From assembly GCA_902514945.1 (NCBI GenBank), contig CABXSO010000003.1, forward strand, positions 6,439 to 70,438: a stretch of 64,000 bases of DNA, read 5' to 3'. The position numbers and the translations under genes are program-made. The stretch comes from an uncultured Pelagibacteraceae bacterium (lineage in GTDB: Bacteria; Pseudomonadota; Alphaproteobacteria; Pelagibacterales; Pelagibacteraceae). The notes beneath the pieces were generated by a model. It was not told where the DNA came from, did no database searches, and saw only the letters and a program-made list of their open reading frames with translations. Of the stretch, positions 40,103 through 50,005 are shown in pieces (the first letter of the stretch is position 1; each line of letters begins with the position of its first letter).

Positions 40103-41293
40103 ATGAAAAAATTAATTATTGTTGCATTTATGTTTGTATCGAGTTTTGGAACAAACGTGATGGCAGATGGTCATTCAATTAAGATGGGTATTATATTAGG
40201 ATTTACTGGTCCTATTGAATCTTTAACACCTGCTATGGCTGCTTCCGCTGAATTAGCTTTTAAAGAAGCTTCAGACTCAGGATCGCTATTAGGTGGAAAA
40301 AAAATTAAACCAATTAGAGCAGACTCAACTTGTGTTGACTCAGCAGCAGCAACAGCAGCAGCAGAGGGTGTTATTTCACAAGGTGTAACAGCAATTATGG
40401 GAGCTGATTGTTCAGGTGTAACAGGTGCTATAGCATCTAATGTTGCTATACCAAATGGTGTAGTAATGATTTCACCTTCGGCTACATCTCCAGGTTTAAC
40501 AACTCTTGATGATAAAGGATACTTTTTTAGAACAGCTCCATCAGATGCAAGAGGTGGTCAAATCTTGGCTGATGTTACTAAAGACAGAAAAATTAAAAGT
40601 GTAGCAATTACTTATACTAATAACGACTATGGAAAAGGTTTAGCAGACGTTTATAAAGCAGCTGTTGAAGCTCATGGTATTAAAGTTACTACAGTGACTG
40701 CGCACGAAGATGGTAAGGCAGACTATTCCTCAGAAGTAGCAACACTTGCTTCAGCAGGTGGAGATGCTGTAGCTGTAATAGGTTACTTAGACCAAGGTGG
40801 TAAAGGTATCATTCAAGCATCTTTAGACTCTGGTGCATTTGATAGATTTATTTTATCAGATGGTATGATTGGTCAATCATTAGTTGATACATTTGGAAAA
40901 GATTTGAATAAATCTTTTGGTTCATTGCCTGGTTCAACTGGAAAAGGAGCTGGAGTATTTGCTAAAGTAGCAAGTGCTGCTGGCATAGATAGTTCTGGTC
41001 CATACACAGGAGAGTCATATGATGCCGCTGCTTTAATAATTTTAGCTATGCAAGCTGGTAACTCAGCTGATAGAGCGTCAATTGCCAAGAATGTAATGGA
41101 TGTTGCTAATGGTCCTGGAACAAAGATTTATCCAGGTCAGCTTAAAAAAGGGTTAGATTTATTAGCTAAAGGTAAAAAAGTTGACTACGAAGGTGCAACT
41201 GGAGTTACTTTTACTAGCGTCGGTGAAGCTGAAGGTTCTTTCTTAGAACAAGAAGTTAAAGGCGGAAAATTCAAAACTAAAAAACAAAGATAA
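40103..41293 (+). CDS. HAAT/Liv-type ABC substrate-binding protein
   Basis: Signal peptide; GFTGP, SPSATSP, FFRTAPSD, NNDYGKG, YDAA, YEGATG. Confidence 0.92.
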   Translation: MKKLIIVAFMFVSSFGTNVMADGHSIKMGIILGFTGPIESLTPAMAASAELAFKEASDSGSLLGGKKIKPIRADSTCVDSAAATAAAEGVISQGVTAIMGADCSGVTGAIASNVAIPNGVVMISPSATSPGLTTLDDKGYFFRTAPSDARGGQILADVTKDRKIKSVAITYTNNDYGKGLADVYKAAVEAHGIKVTTVTAHEDGKADYSSEVATLASAGGDAVAVIGYLDQGGKGIIQASLDSGAFDRFILSDGMIGQSLVDTFGKDLNKSFGSLPGSTGKGAGVFAKVASAAGIDSSGPYTGESYDAAALIILAMQAGNSADRASIAKNVMDVANGPGTKIYPGQLKKGLDLLAKGKKVDYEGATGVTFTSVGEAEGSFLEQEVKGGKFKTKKQR

Positions 41294-41313
41294 TTTTTTA
41301 TCTTAAAAGAATT

Positions 41314-41348
41314 AAACCCCTGACATCTTTGATGTTGGGGGTTTTTTT
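41314..41348. terminator. Intrinsic terminator between convergent SBP and permease operon
   Basis: AAACCCCTGACATC-TTT-GATGTTGGGGGTTTTTTT. Confidence 0.8.
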
Positions 41349-41418
41349 AAAAAAATAAGTATTTATCTGCCATATATAAAGCCCAAGCGATAGCGGCACC
41401 TGTAATAATATATTTCAT
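41347..41418 (-). CDS. Putative 23-aa single-TM small protein (not in ORF track)
   Basis: ATG...TAA encodes MKYIITGAAIAWALYMADKYLFF; starts 4 nt after livM stop and ends at the terminator; GC-richer than neighbouring intergenic DNA. Confidence 0.6.
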   Translation of the reverse strand: MKYIITGAAIAWALYMADKYLFF

Positions 41419-41422
41419 AATT

Positions 41423-42793
41423 TTATTTTATTTCTATTTTTTCAGGAAGTATACCCTTTGGTCTATACCTCATAATTAGTAATAAACCTATTCCCATCAT
41501 TAAAAATCTAAAATAAGGAACACTTTCAATTAAATGTACTTTCAAAAAGTGCGTATCCTCTAAACCTGCTGTTGTTAAATTGACTAAATACAATCCAATT
41601 GGAGCTGCCTCAATCCATAGGAACCAAACTACAAAACCTCCAAGAATTGCTCCAAAATTATTTCCACTTCCACCAACAATAACCATCACCCAAATCAAAA
41701 AAGTATATCTCAAAGGTCGATAGCTTCCTGGTGTAAATAATCCATCTTGTGTTACAAGCATAGCTCCAGCAATACCAACAATAGCTGATCCTAATACGAA
41801 AATTAATAAATGCTGTTTGACTACATTTTTCCCCATAGCATTAGCAGCCTCTTCATTGTCTCTGATAGCTCTCATCATTCTTCCCCAAGGAGAGTAAAGA
41901 GCTTTTTGAGTTAAGATTAAAAGAATAATCACAACAACTAAAAATAGTCCTGAATAACAAAGTTTTACAAATATTGATGATCCTTCTATTACAAATTGAT
42001 TAAGAGCTGCTTGTCTTTCATTAATATCAGAAATCAAAGCTAAATTCCCTGAATTAAATTTTTCAACTAGATTTATAAACCAATCTGTTTCTTGTAAGTT
42101 AACTTCATATGGAGCAGGACGCTTTAATCCAATTACATTTTTAACACCTCTAGTAAGCCAATCCTCATGTTTTATAATTGCTATAACTATTTCTGATATT
42201 AATAATGTGGCTATTGCTAAATAATCAGCTCTTAATCCTAGAGCTACTTTTCCAATTACAAAAGCTAATCCTCCTGCAAAGAAAGCGCCCGCAATCCAAG
42301 AAAAAATTATTGGAAGCCCTATCCCACCTAGAAATCCAGTTTTAGCAGGGTTTACTTCTTCAATTGCTTCAATACCAGGTTCAGAAACAAATCGTATAAT
42401 AATTATTCCTGAAATGATAATTGTAGAGATTGCGTAACTTCTAATTTTAGATTTTTGATATTTTTTGAGAACAAATCTAACAACTAAAACAATACCAATA
42501 ATAAGAAATAAACTTAAAAGAATGTTGGTACCTCCTACGCTCCAAGCTTCTTGAACTGGATTAACTGAAATTAAAACTGCAGCTAGACCACCTAGAGCAG
42601 TAAAGCCCATTATTCCAAAGTTAATTAAACCAGCATAACCCCATTGAATATTAGCACCCATTGTCATGACAGCTGATATCAAACATAAATTAAAGATGGA
42701 TAAAGCAATATTCCAAGATTGAAATATACCAACAAGGATAATCAATCCCATCATAATACTGTAGGCTGCAATTACATTTAAATTTTTTCTCAC
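41423..42793 (-). CDS. livM: ABC permease, LivM-like (long form)
   Basis: NIQWGYAGLINFG, LRADYLAIATL, SPWGRMMRAIRDNE, GGSGNN, RPKGILPE. Confidence 0.9.
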   Translation of the reverse strand: MRKNLNVIAAYSIMMGLIILVGIFQSWNIALSIFNLCLISAVMTMGANIQWGYAGLINFGIMGFTALGGLAAVLISVNPVQEAWSVGGTNILLSLFLIIGIVLVVRFVLKKYQKSKIRSYAISTIIISGIIIIRFVSEPGIEAIEEVNPAKTGFLGGIGLPIIFSWIAGAFFAGGLAFVIGKVALGLRADYLAIATLLISEIVIAIIKHEDWLTRGVKNVIGLKRPAPYEVNLQETDWFINLVEKFNSGNLALISDINERQAALNQFVIEGSSIFVKLCYSGLFLVVVIILLILTQKALYSPWGRMMRAIRDNEEAANAMGKNVVKQHLLIFVLGSAIVGIAGAMLVTQDGLFTPGSYRPLRYTFLIWVMVIVGGSGNNFGAILGGFVVWFLWIEAAPIGLYLVNLTTAGLEDTHFLKVHLIESVPYFRFLMMGIGLLLIMRYRPKGILPEKIEIK

Positions 42794-43800
42794 AATATTT
42801 TTCCTTTAAATATTCCTGATGGACGATAAAGCAATACAATTACCAAAATTGAAAAAGATACTGCAAATTTATAATCAGTTGAGAGTAACTGAATTAAACT
42901 ATCAGGTTCCATGCTTTCTGGTAAAACATACATAAAGAATTTCTTATATGCGTAAGTCAGAAGTATTTCAGAAAAAGCAATTACGTAACCTCCAAGGAAA
43001 GCTCCAAAAGGGTTACCAATTCCTCCAACTATAGCAGCAGCAAATATTGGGAGCATATTATTGAAATAAGTAAATGGTTTAAAACTTTTATCTAGACCAT
43101 ATAAAACTCCACCTATTGTAGCTAAAATTGCAGCAATCATCCAAGTTATCATAACAATCTTTTTTGGATCTATTCCAGAAAGTAATGCTAAATCTTCATT
43201 ATCAGAATAAGCTCTCATACTTTTTCCAGTTTTAGTCATGTTTAAAAACCAGAATAAAGTTGAAACTAAAATTATTGTAACAACAATTGTAATTACTTGA
43301 GTTGACTTAATAGCAAGTCCTTCGTTTAAACCTGTCATTTCCTTAAACTCATTAGCTCTCATCAAAAATTTCTCACCATCAAAAAATCTTCTATCCGATG
43401 GACCAATTATAATTCTTACTACTGCTTGAGTAACAAACATTACTCCTATGCTTACCATTGCTAATTGAACTGGAGGGCTTTTATTCAATCTGTAATATTT
43501 AAATACAAATTTATCAATAATTAGCATGTATAAAGTCATAAATAGAATTGCAAAAGGTATTGCTAAAAGTGCAGTGGGTAAAAAACCAAGGGATAAACCA
43601 ATGGACTGAAAGTACCACGTAAAGAGTATGGCAACCATTGTACCAAACGACATCATGTCGCCAGTTGCAAAATTTGCAAATCGCAGTATTCCGTAAATTA
43701 AAGTTACAAATATAGCACCAATAGCTAATTGAGATCCATAAGTAAGAGCAGGAACAAATATATAATTTAATAAAAGGATTATTGCATTTAGAAAATCCAT
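42790..43800 (-). CDS. livH: ABC permease, LivH-like
   Basis: ILRFANFA.G, TKTGKSMRAYSDN, GGIG, RPSGIF. Confidence 0.9.
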   Translation of the reverse strand: MDFLNAIILLLNYIFVPALTYGSQLAIGAIFVTLIYGILRFANFATGDMMSFGTMVAILFTWYFQSIGLSLGFLPTALLAIPFAILFMTLYMLIIDKFVFKYYRLNKSPPVQLAMVSIGVMFVTQAVVRIIIGPSDRRFFDGEKFLMRANEFKEMTGLNEGLAIKSTQVITIVVTIILVSTLFWFLNMTKTGKSMRAYSDNEDLALLSGIDPKKIVMITWMIAAILATIGGVLYGLDKSFKPFTYFNNMLPIFAAAIVGGIGNPFGAFLGGYVIAFSEILLTYAYKKFFMYVLPESMEPDSLIQLLSTDYKFAVSFSILVIVLLYRPSGIFKGKIL

Positions 43801-44508
43801 TTAACCACCTAAAAAAGAGCTTCTTACTCTTGGATCATTTAATAATTCTTTACCTGTCCCTGAATAACGATTTTCACCAGTAACTAATACATATCCCCTA
43901 TCAGAAATACTGAGAGCTTGTTTTGCATTCTGTTCAACCATTAAGATTGCAACATTTGTTTTTTTTACTTTTATAATATGATCAAAAAGTTCATCCATAA
44001 CTATTGGAGAAACTCCAGCAGTTGGTTCATCTAACATAAGTACAGACGGCTTAATCATCAGAGCCCTTCCTAACGCAACTTGTTGTCTTTGACCTCCCGA
44101 CAATTCTCCCACAAATTGTTTTCTTTTTTCGTTTAAAATTGGAAAAAGATTGTAAATTTCATCAATTACTTTTGTATAATCCTGATTAACTAAAAAAGCT
44201 CCGATCTCTAAATTTTCCTCAACTGTCATCCCTGCAAATACATTTTTGGTCTGCGGTACAAACGAAATTCCTTCTTTCACTCTATCTTGTGGGGAAAATT
44301 TTGAAATGTCTTTACCGTCAATAATTACTGAGCCAGATTTTAAATTTAATAAACCTAACATGGCTTTCATTGCGGTAGATTTCCCAGCTCCGTTAGGTCC
44401 AATAATGGAAACTATTTCACCTCTTTCAACATTAACCGTACATGAATTAATTATATCCGGACCCTTGCCATATCCCCCTGTCATTTTGTTACCCTCAAAA
44501 AATGCCAT
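43801..44508 (-). CDS. livF: ABC ATP-binding protein, LivF-like
   Basis: GPNGAGKST, LSGGQRQ, LDEP, VEQN, FLGG. Confidence 0.9.
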   Translation of the reverse strand: MAFFEGNKMTGGYGKGPDIINSCTVNVERGEIVSIIGPNGAGKSTAMKAMLGLLNLKSGSVIIDGKDISKFSPQDRVKEGISFVPQTKNVFAGMTVEENLEIGAFLVNQDYTKVIDEIYNLFPILNEKRKQFVGELSGGQRQQVALGRALMIKPSVLMLDEPTAGVSPIVMDELFDHIIKVKKTNVAILMVEQNAKQALSISDRGYVLVTGENRYSGTGKELLNDPRVRSSFLGG

Positions 44509-44510
44509 AC

Positions 44511-45296
44511 TTAATTATCATTTAATTTTGAACCTCTGCCTAGGTAGCTTTCAATTACTCTCTCATCTTTTTTTGCATCTTCCACTGAACCTTCAAATAA
44601 AACAGATCCTTCAGCCATAACGATTACTGGATCGCATAATCTTCCTATAAAATCCATGTCATGCTCAATCATACAAAAAGTATAGCCTTTCTCTCTATTT
44701 AATTTCTCAATAGCTGTGCCTAAATCTTTTAATAAAGTTCTATTTACTCCTGCACCAACTTCGTCTAGCAAGACTAATTTCGCGTCTACCATCATCGTTC
44801 GGCCTAATTCTAAAAGTTTTTTTTGTCCCCCAGACAGATTTCCAGCTAATTCATTCTTTAAATGACTTAAATTAAGAAAATCAACTACCTCCATCGCTTT
44901 TTTTTTTATTCGACTCTCTTCTGTTGCAACCAATCCAGGCTTTAAAAAAGCATTCACCAGCTTTTCTCCAGATTGATTGCCTGGAACCATCATTAAATTT
45001 TCCAAAACAGATAAATTTGTAAATTCGTGCGCTATTTGAAAAGTTCTAAGCAACCCTTTTGAAAAAAGTTCATAAGACGGAATATCAGTTATGTTCTCAT
45101 CATTAAATAAAACATTGCCAGCAGATGATTTTAAATTGCCAGCAATTAAATTAAATAAAGTCGTTTTTCCTGAACCATTAGGCCCTATTATTCCTGTTAT
45201 TGATCCCTTTTTTATTTTTAATGAACAATTAGAAACTGCAGACAATCCACCAAAATATTTCGATAAGTTTTTAATTACTAAAATGTTTTCTTGCAT
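44511..45296 (-). CDS. livG: ABC ATP-binding protein, LivG-like
   Basis: FGGL, GPNGSGKTT, RTFQ, LSGGQ, IEHDM, YLG. Confidence 0.9.
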   Translation of the reverse strand: MQENILVIKNLSKYFGGLSAVSNCSLKIKKGSITGIIGPNGSGKTTLFNLIAGNLKSSAGNVLFNDENITDIPSYELFSKGLLRTFQIAHEFTNLSVLENLMMVPGNQSGEKLVNAFLKPGLVATEESRIKKKAMEVVDFLNLSHLKNELAGNLSGGQKKLLELGRTMMVDAKLVLLDEVGAGVNRTLLKDLGTAIEKLNREKGYTFCMIEHDMDFIGRLCDPVIVMAEGSVLFEGSVEDAKKDERVIESYLGRGSKLNDN

Positions 45297-45308
45297 TCCT
45301 TAATAAGA

Positions 45309-46067
45309 TTATAATCTCTTATAAATCTTCATAAGCGATTTTTCCAATAATCTATAATAACCTGATTTCCTTAATTCATTAACACCTTGCCAATTAAGTC
45401 CTCCTGGAGTTTGTTCATTGACTAAATTTTTTAACGGTTTCGATGAATTTTTTAAAGCTAGTTCAGCTAAAGCTGAATATAATAAAGTTACATATTTTTG
45501 AGCATCTAATTTATTTATTTTTTTTCTAATCAACCAATTTGACAAAACAGCTAATAATTCATAAAAAGAAGCCATCGTTCCTGAGATCGCCCAAAAGTTT
45601 TTTGATAGTTTTTCATTTTTAATTTCAATTGTTGTTCCAATTTTATCAAAAAAAAATTTAACTTTTTTGTTAGGTGGGAATATCGCAACAGGACCTTTGC
45701 CTTGTTTAATCGGGGGCATTGGAATAGCTCTAATAATAATCAGTTTTTTTTTAATCAATTTTTTCAATTTTGAATATTTTGTTGTGGACATAAAACTAAT
45801 AACAGTTTGATTATTTTTGAACTTTAATTTAGATAATATATTTTCACCAATGTGAGGTAAAACACCTAGAAATATCCAATCAGACATATCTATCACTGAT
45901 TGATTATCTTTAGCAATTGTTATCTTCTTAAAATTTTTTTTTAAATATCTTGCTTTTTTTTTATTTCTTGGAGAAATGATTATTTTCTTATATGAAATTT
46001 TTGATTTACTTATTCCAGTAATAACATCTGAAACGATATTTCCTGTACCTATAAAACCTAAGATCAT
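45309..46067 (-). CDS. proC: Pyrroline-5-carboxylate reductase
   Basis: GFIGTGNI Rossmann motif, TPGGLN. Confidence 0.8.
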   Translation of the reverse strand: MILGFIGTGNIVSDVITGISKSKISYKKIIISPRNKKKARYLKKNFKKITIAKDNQSVIDMSDWIFLGVLPHIGENILSKLKFKNNQTVISFMSTTKYSKLKKLIKKKLIIIRAIPMPPIKQGKGPVAIFPPNKKVKFFFDKIGTTIEIKNEKLSKNFWAISGTMASFYELLAVLSNWLIRKKINKLDAQKYVTLLYSALAELALKNSSKPLKNLVNEQTPGGLNWQGVNELRKSGYYRLLEKSLMKIYKRL

Positions 46068-46102
46068 AGAATAAGTTACCTTAAAGGAGGGTTTGTTTGA
46101 AC

Positions 46103-46135
46103 AAAAAAAAAGGCTGGTGATTAAACCAGCCTTTT
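46103..46135 (-). terminator. Intrinsic terminator of the outer-membrane protein gene
   Basis: Minus strand AAAAGGCTGGT-TTAATC-ACCAGCC followed by a T run. Confidence 0.85.
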
Positions 46136-46155
46136 AAATTTTAATTTAGATAAAA

Positions 46156-46845
46156 TTAGAATGATTTTCCAACTTTAATAGATCCAACTGCACCATACAT
46201 TTCAGTAACTTCGACAGCTTTACTTGAGTCAACTTCACTTGTTGAATTTACATCATCATATTCTGACGCAGATACTTCTGCTCTGATAAATACCCCATTA
46301 TCAGCAGTATATTGATAACCTAATCCAACTGAAATACCAGTGGTATCAGTATCACCATATTTACTTCCAGTCCCTAAAGACTCTTGAGTTAATACGTCTA
46401 CCATGTGGTAACCTAGTTTTAAATATGTACCAAATGGCATATTAACATTTGCGTAAAGAGTTGTGTGATCTTTAAATGTTGCTTTAACTGTGTTGTTCAC
46501 TGGAGAACCTGATGTACCTTCTGTTCCTTGAACGTTTAAGTTCTCAGGAGTAGTCATATCGTCAGCAAATCTTTCAAGACCTAAAGATACAACATCAGTT
46601 ACAGCGTACTCAACGAATATACTTGCTACGCCTTCTTCTTTAAAAGCACCATCTTCTTCAGTAACATCTTTTTGTGTAGTTGAAGCACCACTACCTGTCA
46701 TGGTTTCTTTACCACTACCCATGAATGCAGCCGTGTTTAAAGCTATACCAACTGAGAGACCCTCAACTGCTGAAGCAGACTGAATTCCAAGGAAAGACAC
46801 AAAAGATATTGCTAAAATAGCTATTTGTTTTCTTAAGTTTTTCAT
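46156..46845 (-). CDS. Outer-membrane beta-barrel protein
   Basis: Signal peptide, amphipathic strands (YLKLG, VGLGYQY, FIRAE), C-terminal Phe; own RBS (GAAGGA) and terminator. Confidence 0.8.
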   Translation of the reverse strand: MKNLRKQIAILAISFVSFLGIQSASAVEGLSVGIALNTAAFMGSGKETMTGSGASTTQKDVTEEDGAFKEEGVASIFVEYAVTDVVSLGLERFADDMTTPENLNVQGTEGTSGSPVNNTVKATFKDHTTLYANVNMPFGTYLKLGYHMVDVLTQESLGTGSKYGDTDTTGISVGLGYQYTADNGVFIRAEVSASEYDDVNSTSEVDSSKAVEVTEMYGAVGSIKVGKSF

Positions 46846-47053
46846 AAGTTTTCCTTCTTAACTTAAATTAATATATTAATACCGACTCTATTATCATTGT
46901 TTATTAAAATTTTAAAATTTAAATGGCTTCAATTAGGTTTTTTACTAAATTGTTGCAAAATTATCACAAATTGATGTTGAAAAAAAAGGTTTTTTTAACC
47001 GCATTAAATATCTACTTAAAGTTGAATGAACATACATATATCTAATTTGAAAA

Positions 47054-47422
47054 TTAATTCTTGCTCTTAAAAACTAGACAAATGCCGTTGTTGCAGTATC
47101 TTTTTCCAGTAGGTTGAGGTCCATCCTCAAATATGTGACCATGATGAGCGTTACAATTCTTGCAATGATACTCTGTGCGCGGATAACCGAGTAAATGATC
47201 TGTTTTAGTCTCAAAAACATTAGGCAATGACTCAAAAAATGATGGCCAACCAGACCCACTTTCATATTTAGCTTCAGAAGTGAATAGTTTTACTCCACAA
47301 CTAGCGCAAAGATAAGTTCCCACTCTTTTTTCATCATTTAATTCGCTAGAGCCAGGTGGTTCAGTTCCCTCTTCAAACATTACTAATTTCTGTTCAACAG
47401 TTAAATCTTTTTTTTTATACAT
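47054..47422 (-). CDS. msrB: Peptide methionine sulfoxide reductase B
   Basis: GTE, SGSGWPSF, H.GH.F.DGP, RYC.N, two CxxC. Confidence 0.95.
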   Translation of the reverse strand: MYKKKDLTVEQKLVMFEEGTEPPGSSELNDEKRVGTYLCASCGVKLFTSEAKYESGSGWPSFFESLPNVFETKTDHLLGYPRTEYHCKNCNAHHGHIFEDGPQPTGKRYCNNGICLVFKSKN

Positions 47423-47426
47423 TTAT

Positions 47427-48320
47427 TTAAATTAGTTTAGCACAAGACTGGTGCAAAATAGAATGTAATTCTACAAGTTTTTTAAAGTCTTTGTTGTAAC
47501 CACCTCCTAAAACACCACATAAAGGAATACCTTTTGAAAAAAAATTTTCTGTTACAATTTCATCTCTAGCTATTATTCCCTCATCAGAAATTTTAAGTTT
47601 ACCTAGACGATCATTAAAGTGAATGTCCACTCCTGCTATATAAAAAACATAATCAAAATTCTCTTGATTTAGTTTTGCTAGATGATTTTTCAAAATTTGA
47701 AGATATTCATGATCTTCCATATTGTCACTAAGCTCAACATCAAGATCGCTAATTGATTTTTTTAGTGGATAATTTGTTTTTGAGTGCATACTAAAAGTGA
47801 AAACGTTTTCATTATCCTTAAAAATTTCTGAGTTTCCATTACCTTGGTGAACATCTAGATCTAATATTAAAATTCTTTCTACTAAACCTTTATCAAGTAA
47901 ATATTGAGCTGCAACAGCTACATCATTGAAAACACAATAACCGGCTCCACCATCATAATTAGCATGATGACTTCCACCTGCAGTGTTACAAGCAATTCCA
48001 TAATTAATTGCAAGTTTAGATGCTAATACTGTTCCTCCAGTTGCTACTAAAGATCTTTGAATAACACTATCAACTAAGGGAAATCCAATTTTTTTTATTG
48101 CTTTTTTACCAAGAGTTTTATTTTTAATTTGATTAATGTAACTTTCAGAATGAGCTCTTTTTAAGGTTTCGTCAGAACAAGGATAAGGTATATAAAACTT
48201 TTTTACTATTTTTTTTCTTAACAAATAATCTGCTAATGATCCAAATTTGTTAATTGGAAATCTGTGATCGTCACCAATCTTAGCAAAGTAGTCTTTGTGA
48301 TTAATAATTGGAAGTTCCAT
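47427..48320 (-). CDS. Histone deacetylase family amidohydrolase
   Basis: GGSHHA, GYCVFND, DLDVHQGNG, DRLG, GGGY. Confidence 0.92.
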   Translation of the reverse strand: MELPIINHKDYFAKIGDDHRFPINKFGSLADYLLRKKIVKKFYIPYPCSDETLKRAHSESYINQIKNKTLGKKAIKKIGFPLVDSVIQRSLVATGGTVLASKLAINYGIACNTAGGSHHANYDGGAGYCVFNDVAVAAQYLLDKGLVERILILDLDVHQGNGNSEIFKDNENVFTFSMHSKTNYPLKKSISDLDVELSDNMEDHEYLQILKNHLAKLNQENFDYVFYIAGVDIHFNDRLGKLKISDEGIIARDEIVTENFFSKGIPLCGVLGGGYNKDFKKLVELHSILHQSCAKLI

Positions 48321-48326
48321 AATAGA

Positions 48327-49058
48327 TTAAAAGGAAATATTTTTAAAAATCGAGTTAACACCAATTTTTTTTAAATATTTAAAATTGTTTTTTTTTAATA
48401 TTTGATGAATTTTTTTGCTCTTATTTTTTGAAATCTTATTATGATCTAAAATTTCCACACAAATTAAGTTTATTTTAAACTTTTTAAAATTAATACTTTT
48501 AATAACCTCATATTCTAAACCCTCTAGATCAATATTTAAAAAATCAACTTTATTAAAATCATGTTTTTTTAAGATATTGTTAATATTTTCTGTTTTAATT
48601 TTTTTTTCTTTAAAATCTTTGTTTTTAAATAAAAAATTCTTTTTCAAAAATTTTAAATGATTTTGGTCTAAAGTATTAAGTGGAGACAGATTATCGACAA
48701 AATACATTTTTTTTGAAGTTCTTTTATCACTAATGGCACAATTGATATTGATATCTTTTGATCTGAAAAAATCAAATAATTCAATTGTAATTGGATTTAA
48801 ATCAACATTAATTCCTGTCCAATTTTTTTTATAAAATCTAAATGTATTATTATCTCTAGTAGGATGAAAACACCCCAAATCCACAAATTTACCTCTATAA
48901 TCTTTTTTAAAAAAACTATTCAAATATATATCTTCATTAAATTGAGAGCCGCCATTGAGATACTTAAAATTTCTCAGATATATATTGTAGAATAAATAAA
49001 TTTTTCTTAAAAAAAGGTTTTTCGAATTTAATAAAAATCTTAAACTTCTTGGTCTCAT
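48327..49058 (-). CDS. FkbM family SAM methyltransferase
   Basis: SQFNED, VDLGCFHP...NNT, W.GINVD, DFLNIDLEG.E. Confidence 0.88.
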   Translation of the reverse strand: MRPRSLRFLLNSKNLFLRKIYLFYNIYLRNFKYLNGGSQFNEDIYLNSFFKKDYRGKFVDLGCFHPTRDNNTFRFYKKNWTGINVDLNPITIELFDFFRSKDININCAISDKRTSKKMYFVDNLSPLNTLDQNHLKFLKKNFLFKNKDFKEKKIKTENINNILKKHDFNKVDFLNIDLEGLEYEVIKSINFKKFKINLICVEILDHNKISKNKSKKIHQILKKNNFKYLKKIGVNSIFKNISF

Positions 49059-50005
49059 TTAAGAATTCTTATTGGATTATTGTTTACGCAAGATTCAAGG
49101 GCTTCGATCATTTGATTGTAGTAAATATTATAATTTTCAGCTGTTACGTAGCCTATATGAGGAGTTAATAGTGCATTAGGTAAAAATCTTAATTTATTAT
49201 TTTCTGGAAGTGGCTCCTTTTCAAACACATCAATACCAGCACCGGCAATTTCATTAGTTGATAAAGCAATTATCAAATCATCTTCATTTACAATCGGACC
49301 ACGAGAGGTGTTGATCAAAAACGATGTTTTTTTCATTTTATCTAACTCTTTTAAAGTAATACAATTTTTATATCTTTCTCCTCCTTGTACATGAATAGAT
49401 AAAAAATCTGAATTTTTGATTAAATCTTCTTTTGAACAAGGGAGAACATCAAGTTGTTTACACATATCTAAGTTTAAATTCTCACTCCACGCCATAACTT
49501 GCATTCCAAAAGCTTTACCAATCTTTGCGACTTGTGATCCTACTTTACCTAATCCAACTAATCCTAAAATTTTTCCCTTAAGCTCAACTCCAACTGTAGT
49601 TTGCCAGTAACCTTGATACATATTATCAATTTCTTCTTTTAAATTTCTTGCAAGTCCAAGTATTAAAGCCCAGGTTAATTCAGGTGTTGCATTAACATTA
49701 CTTTCAGTGCCACAAACAATAATTCCCTTTTTTTTTGCTGCACTCAAATCAATTGACTTATTTTTTAAGCCACTTGTAATTATAAATTTTAACTTATTTA
49801 AATTTTCAATTAAATTTTTCGTTATCGGGGTTCTTTCTCTCATAATGAGTAAAGCCTCAATATCAGCTAATTTATCAAGGGCATCTGCTTCATCCTCAAA
49901 AGGCTCACTAAAGATTTTGATCTCATACTTTCCTGATAATTTTTCAAGATCAACAAATTGTTGTGAAACATTTTGATAATCATCTAATATAGCGACTTTA
50001 AGCAT
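49055..50005 (-). CDS. D-2-hydroxyacid dehydrogenase family protein
   Basis: ILDDYQ, MRERT, GLGKVG, INTSRG, DVF..EP, TPHIGY. Confidence 0.92.
   Translation of the reverse strand: MLKVAILDDYQNVSQQFVDLEKLSGKYEIKIFSEPFEDEADALDKLADIEALLIMRERTPITKNLIENLNKLKFIITSGLKNKSIDLSAAKKKGIIVCGTESNVNATPELTWALILGLARNLKEEIDNMYQGYWQTTVGVELKGKILGLVGLGKVGSQVAKIGKAFGMQVMAWSENLNLDMCKQLDVLPCSKEDLIKNSDFLSIHVQGGERYKNCITLKELDKMKKTSFLINTSRGPIVNEDDLIIALSTNEIAGAGIDVFEKEPLPENNKLRFLPNALLTPHIGYVTAENYNIYYNQMIEALESCVNNNPIRILK

Noticed and set aside
40338-40364. GCA-rich repeat in the SBP gene, and Ser run near 38887-38910
   Set aside because: Ordinary Ala/Ser codon runs within proteins
46083-46120. Perfect AAAGGAGG on + strand followed by a TTG micro-ORF (MNKKKGW)
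   Set aside because: Seven codons running into a terminator and antisense to the likely proC promoter; no support for translation
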